Part shown: positions 26,749-29,244 of the stretch, one piece after another | Layout: every line of letters begins with the position of its first letter | Numbering within the stretch: position 1 is the first letter of the stretch | Origin: Fibrobacteria bacterium | Lineage (GTDB): Bacteria; Fibrobacterota; Fibrobacteria; UBA11236 | DNA: 29,244 bases | Direction of reading: 5' to 3' | NCBI GenBank assembly: GCA_044338885.1 | Contig: JBIIWL010000001.1 | Coordinates: 1-29,244, forward strand | Translations under genes and position numbers: made by a program | The notes under the pieces: generated by a model | The model's input: only the letters and a program-made list of their open reading frames with translations | Databases searched by the model: none | Told to the model about the DNA's origin: nothing

Positions 26749-27399
26749 TTAGTGTTTGTGTCCCGAGTGGTCTGAGTCGCGCGGTGGGATACGCGGCGGG
26801 TGCAGACTCATTTTGGCGAGCGAATCGGCCGTAATGGGAAAGTGGACCCACCGCTCAGTCGGGGCGCTGAAACGGCGGCGCACGGCATCGCCTTCAAATA
26901 AGAAGTATTCCATGATGGGGGGATGGTCGACCTCCGGTCTTTCATTCCAAACTTCGGAGTAGACCGAAATCTTTTTGGTCCCCGCTTTGATTTTGCCGCC
27001 TAAAACAAAGGTGTGATTCCCCGCCTGAATCGAATTTGAGTCTAGGCCATCATCGCGTCCGGTTCCGCCGAATTTCCAAGCCACGGCCGAGAGGTACACA
27101 GGCTTTCCATCGGCCTTGAGTTTGATTTTTTGTTGGAGGTAGTGCTCCATTCGAAGCTCGTAGCGGCGATAGGCTTGCACGCCGGTGTCAGCATACAAGG
27201 GGAAGGTAAAGACGGTGTTCATCAAATCTTGGGCATCGGCTTCAATGGTGATCGTCACCGAATCGGGCGCTTTGTACCGAATATCGGCATAGGCGAGGGC
27301 GAAATGTTGCGCGCGGGCCGCAAGGGGCGCGAGCACAAGGCTCAGTATCAAGAAACGGGCAAAACGAATCACAGAATCCTCCAAAAACCGGCGAATCAA
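26749..27399 (-). CDS. Exported hypothetical protein with His-rich C-terminus (DUF6702/HupE-associated-like, tentative)
   Basis: Signal peptide ending ARA-QH. Pattern A.I.Y.....TITIEADAQDL...YLQQKIKLKADG. Ends DHSGHKH. Confidence 0.65.
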   Translation of the reverse strand: MIRRFLEDSVIRFARFLILSLVLAPLAARAQHFALAYADIRYKAPDSVTITIEADAQDLMNTVFTFPLYADTGVQAYRRYELRMEHYLQQKIKLKADGKPVYLSAVAWKFGGTGRDDGLDSNSIQAGNHTFVLGGKIKAGTKKISVYSEVWNERPEVDHPPIMEYFLFEGDAVRRRFSAPTERWVHFPITADSLAKMSLHPPRIPPRDSDHSGHKH

Positions 27400-27574
27400 T
27401 AAGGTAGAAGTCCCCTAGAGCCCAAGGCAAGCCGCGTGAGCAATACGGGCCATTTTCCAAGGAAATAGTTTACCTAAACAGCATTCTTTGATTCGTTCGT
27501 ACCATTGACAGGATTTGCCCCATTTGATCCAGAAGTATCAAGCACGACCTCCCTCGACCCTTTAGATTAAAAAG

Positions 27575-28759
27575 ATGTCACTATTTAAAACCTTTAAGTG
27601 GTATGCACCTCTGATCGCCATCACCATGGTCGCATCGCTTGCAGACGCCGCACCGATCCGGGTGGGGATTTTCAAATCGATTGGTACGGGGCGCTTCTGG
27701 CACACGAACATCCATACGGCCGGCTCCGCAATCGTCTCGATCCTAACCAACCCCGACTCCGCTAATTTGGGGCCGGATTTGATAAAACCGACGGATGGTT
27801 TCATTGCAACACAATTCGGCAAAGTGACAGGAACTAGCACCACGACCGATGCGGAAGAGGACGTGTTCTTCGCGGCTTTGGACAGCCTTGATGTTGTGAT
27901 CTTCCCGACCATCGTCGAAATGGGAAATGTGATTAGTCGACCTGAACAACGTATCCGACTCTTGGAGTATTTTCGCACACGGGGTGTTGTTAGCATACAC
28001 GCCACGACGGACAGTTATGGAGCCTGGCCCGCATGGGATTCGATCCATGGCGCGCGTTTCTTAAATTTTCCACCGAGTGACCGACAAGCAACATTGCACC
28101 TTGACTCGGATTCGAACAAAGAACCCTCTTGGAGAGCCCTAAACAGGGGGCTCCCGGATACCGCACGGTTCTTGGAAGAATGGTTTTCATTCACGACAAA
28201 CGCCGATGTCATTCGCTCATCACCAGGGCTTAAAACTACCGTCCGCATTGATGAAGCCTCCTATCAAGGCGGAATCGGGCAAGCCCGGACCATGGGCGCT
28301 GATCACCCAATGAGTTGGTACAAGGAGTCAGGTGATGGAGGACGTTTCTTTTATACGGCACTCGGACACAGGGCTCAGACTTATGCAGGTGTCACAAATA
28401 ATCCCACCACTCCGGAAGCAGCTTACTTCTTCCGCCGCCAGCTGTACAACGCAATCCTCTGGGCCGCAGGCGTGGACTCGACCGGTACCGTAGTCTCCGT
28501 TGCCGACCGTAATCGCACCGCACCCGCGCGTTTCGCCGATCACGCACAGGTGACGTTTAACACGGGGGCACTTACGGTTTCAATCCTGAACGATTCACCA
28601 AACACCGTTGAAGTGTTGGGGGTGAATGGTGGACGCGTGGCGTTAAAGCGCGCCGAGGGTCGCGCCGAGCATCGCTTCGACGCATTGCGCTCTGGCGTCT
28701 ATGTCGTGTCGGTCACGTCGGGTGGTCAACGCCTCACGCGTATGGCGGTAGTGGAATGA
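27575..28759 (+). CDS. Exported ThuA-like domain protein with T9SS-like C-terminal domain (paralog 3)
   Basis: Signal peptide ending ADA. FWHTNIH, SIHATTD, EEWFSF, IDEASY, DHPMSWY, GRFFYTALGH. Tail VLGVNGGRV...SGVYVVSV. Confidence 0.85.
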   Translation: MSLFKTFKWYAPLIAITMVASLADAAPIRVGIFKSIGTGRFWHTNIHTAGSAIVSILTNPDSANLGPDLIKPTDGFIATQFGKVTGTSTTTDAEEDVFFAALDSLDVVIFPTIVEMGNVISRPEQRIRLLEYFRTRGVVSIHATTDSYGAWPAWDSIHGARFLNFPPSDRQATLHLDSDSNKEPSWRALNRGLPDTARFLEEWFSFTTNADVIRSSPGLKTTVRIDEASYQGGIGQARTMGADHPMSWYKESGDGGRFFYTALGHRAQTYAGVTNNPTTPEAAYFFRRQLYNAILWAAGVDSTGTVVSVADRNRTAPARFADHAQVTFNTGALTVSILNDSPNTVEVLGVNGGRVALKRAEGRAEHRFDALRSGVYVVSVTSGGQRLTRMAVVE

Positions 28760-29244
28760 GCATGGGCCTCAAAGCGCTATTGCTCGTGTGTGGCCTCACA
28801 GCCTCAACGTTCGCCGCACCGATCCGGGTGGGGATCTTTAACGGTGTAGGAACCGGCACATTCTGGCACACGAACGTCCATACGGCGAGTAACGCTATTT
28901 TCAATATTCTGGCTGCCCCAAGTCAATCAAGACTGGGTGCAAACCTGCTGATTCACCGTACTGGTTTCATACCATCGGTTTATGGATTATTATCGGCGAC
29001 TAGTGGTGCCCCCAATCCAGAACAACGCGCTCAGTTCCTCGGCGCCCTTGATTCTCTTGATGTTGTGATTTTTAACAACAACACCTCGATCGACCGCATC
29101 TTCACCGATAGTTCCGAGCGTGACCGAATCGAACGGTTCATTCGAGCCAAGGGTGTTGTTAGCGTTCATTCCTCATCAGATAACCGAGGAACATGGGAGG
29201 GCTGGAATTCGCTTTCAGGGGGACGATTTCAAAACCACCCTGCG
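28756..29244 (+). CDS. Exported ThuA-like protein (paralog 4), truncated by window edge; not in the supplied ORF track
   Basis: Hand translation from ATG 28756 (ATGA overlap with the previous stop) is open to the end: MSMGLKALLLVCGLTASTFAAPIRVGIFNGVGTGTFWHTNVH...ALDSLDVVIF...GVVSVHSSSD...GGRFQNHPA. Confidence 0.88.
   Translation, partial: MSMGLKALLLVCGLTASTFAAPIRVGIFNGVGTGTFWHTNVHTASNAIFNILAAPSQSRLGANLLIHRTGFIPSVYGLLSATSGAPNPEQRAQFLGALDSLDVVIFNNNTSIDRIFTDSSERDRIERFIRAKGVVSVHSSSDNRGTWEGWNSLSGGRFQNHPA

Noticed and set aside
27505-27540. TTGACA upstream of ThuA paralog 3 as a promoter
   Set aside because: No acceptable -10 hexamer at 16-18 bp spacing.
27575-29244. Diversity-generating retroelement between ThuA paralogs
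   Set aside because: Differences are not adenine-specific, there is no reverse transcriptase, and there is no long template/variable repeat pair.

Overview
GC-rich bacterial chromosomal window. An FCB-group origin, most likely Fibrobacterota, is inferred from T9SS-like C-terminal tails and a lineage-style outer-membrane barrel family; this was not checked against a database. The left part (1-10.7 kb) is mostly housekeeping: a tRNA Thr-Tyr-Gly-Thr-tuf operon (minus strand, tuf cut by the window edge), cca, cysE, pdxB, a RIC/hemerythrin-like gene, ppdK and an exported Mn-type SOD. It also holds three near-identical copies of a 48-bp hairpin repeat. The rest (10.8-29.2 kb) is dominated by exported proteins in paralogous sets: two Ig-domain lipoproteins, two large beta-barrel-like OMPs plus a smaller one, and four ThuA-like proteins (the three complete ones end in T9SS-like tails). 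These are interleaved with yfbR, gmhB, tRNA-Leu, a ClpB lacking its N-domain, and a DUF2723/TMEM260-like GT-C glycosyltransferase. The strongest unexplained signal is the Bacteroidetes-type O-glycosylation sequon D-(S/T)-(A/I/L/M/T/V). By hand count it is about 7-fold denser in six exported proteins than in the cytoplasmic ones, and 26 of 27 DT-x triplets in those proteins fit it. A candidate protein O-glycosyltransferase sits inside the same cluster. All family calls come from motif recognition, not from searches.
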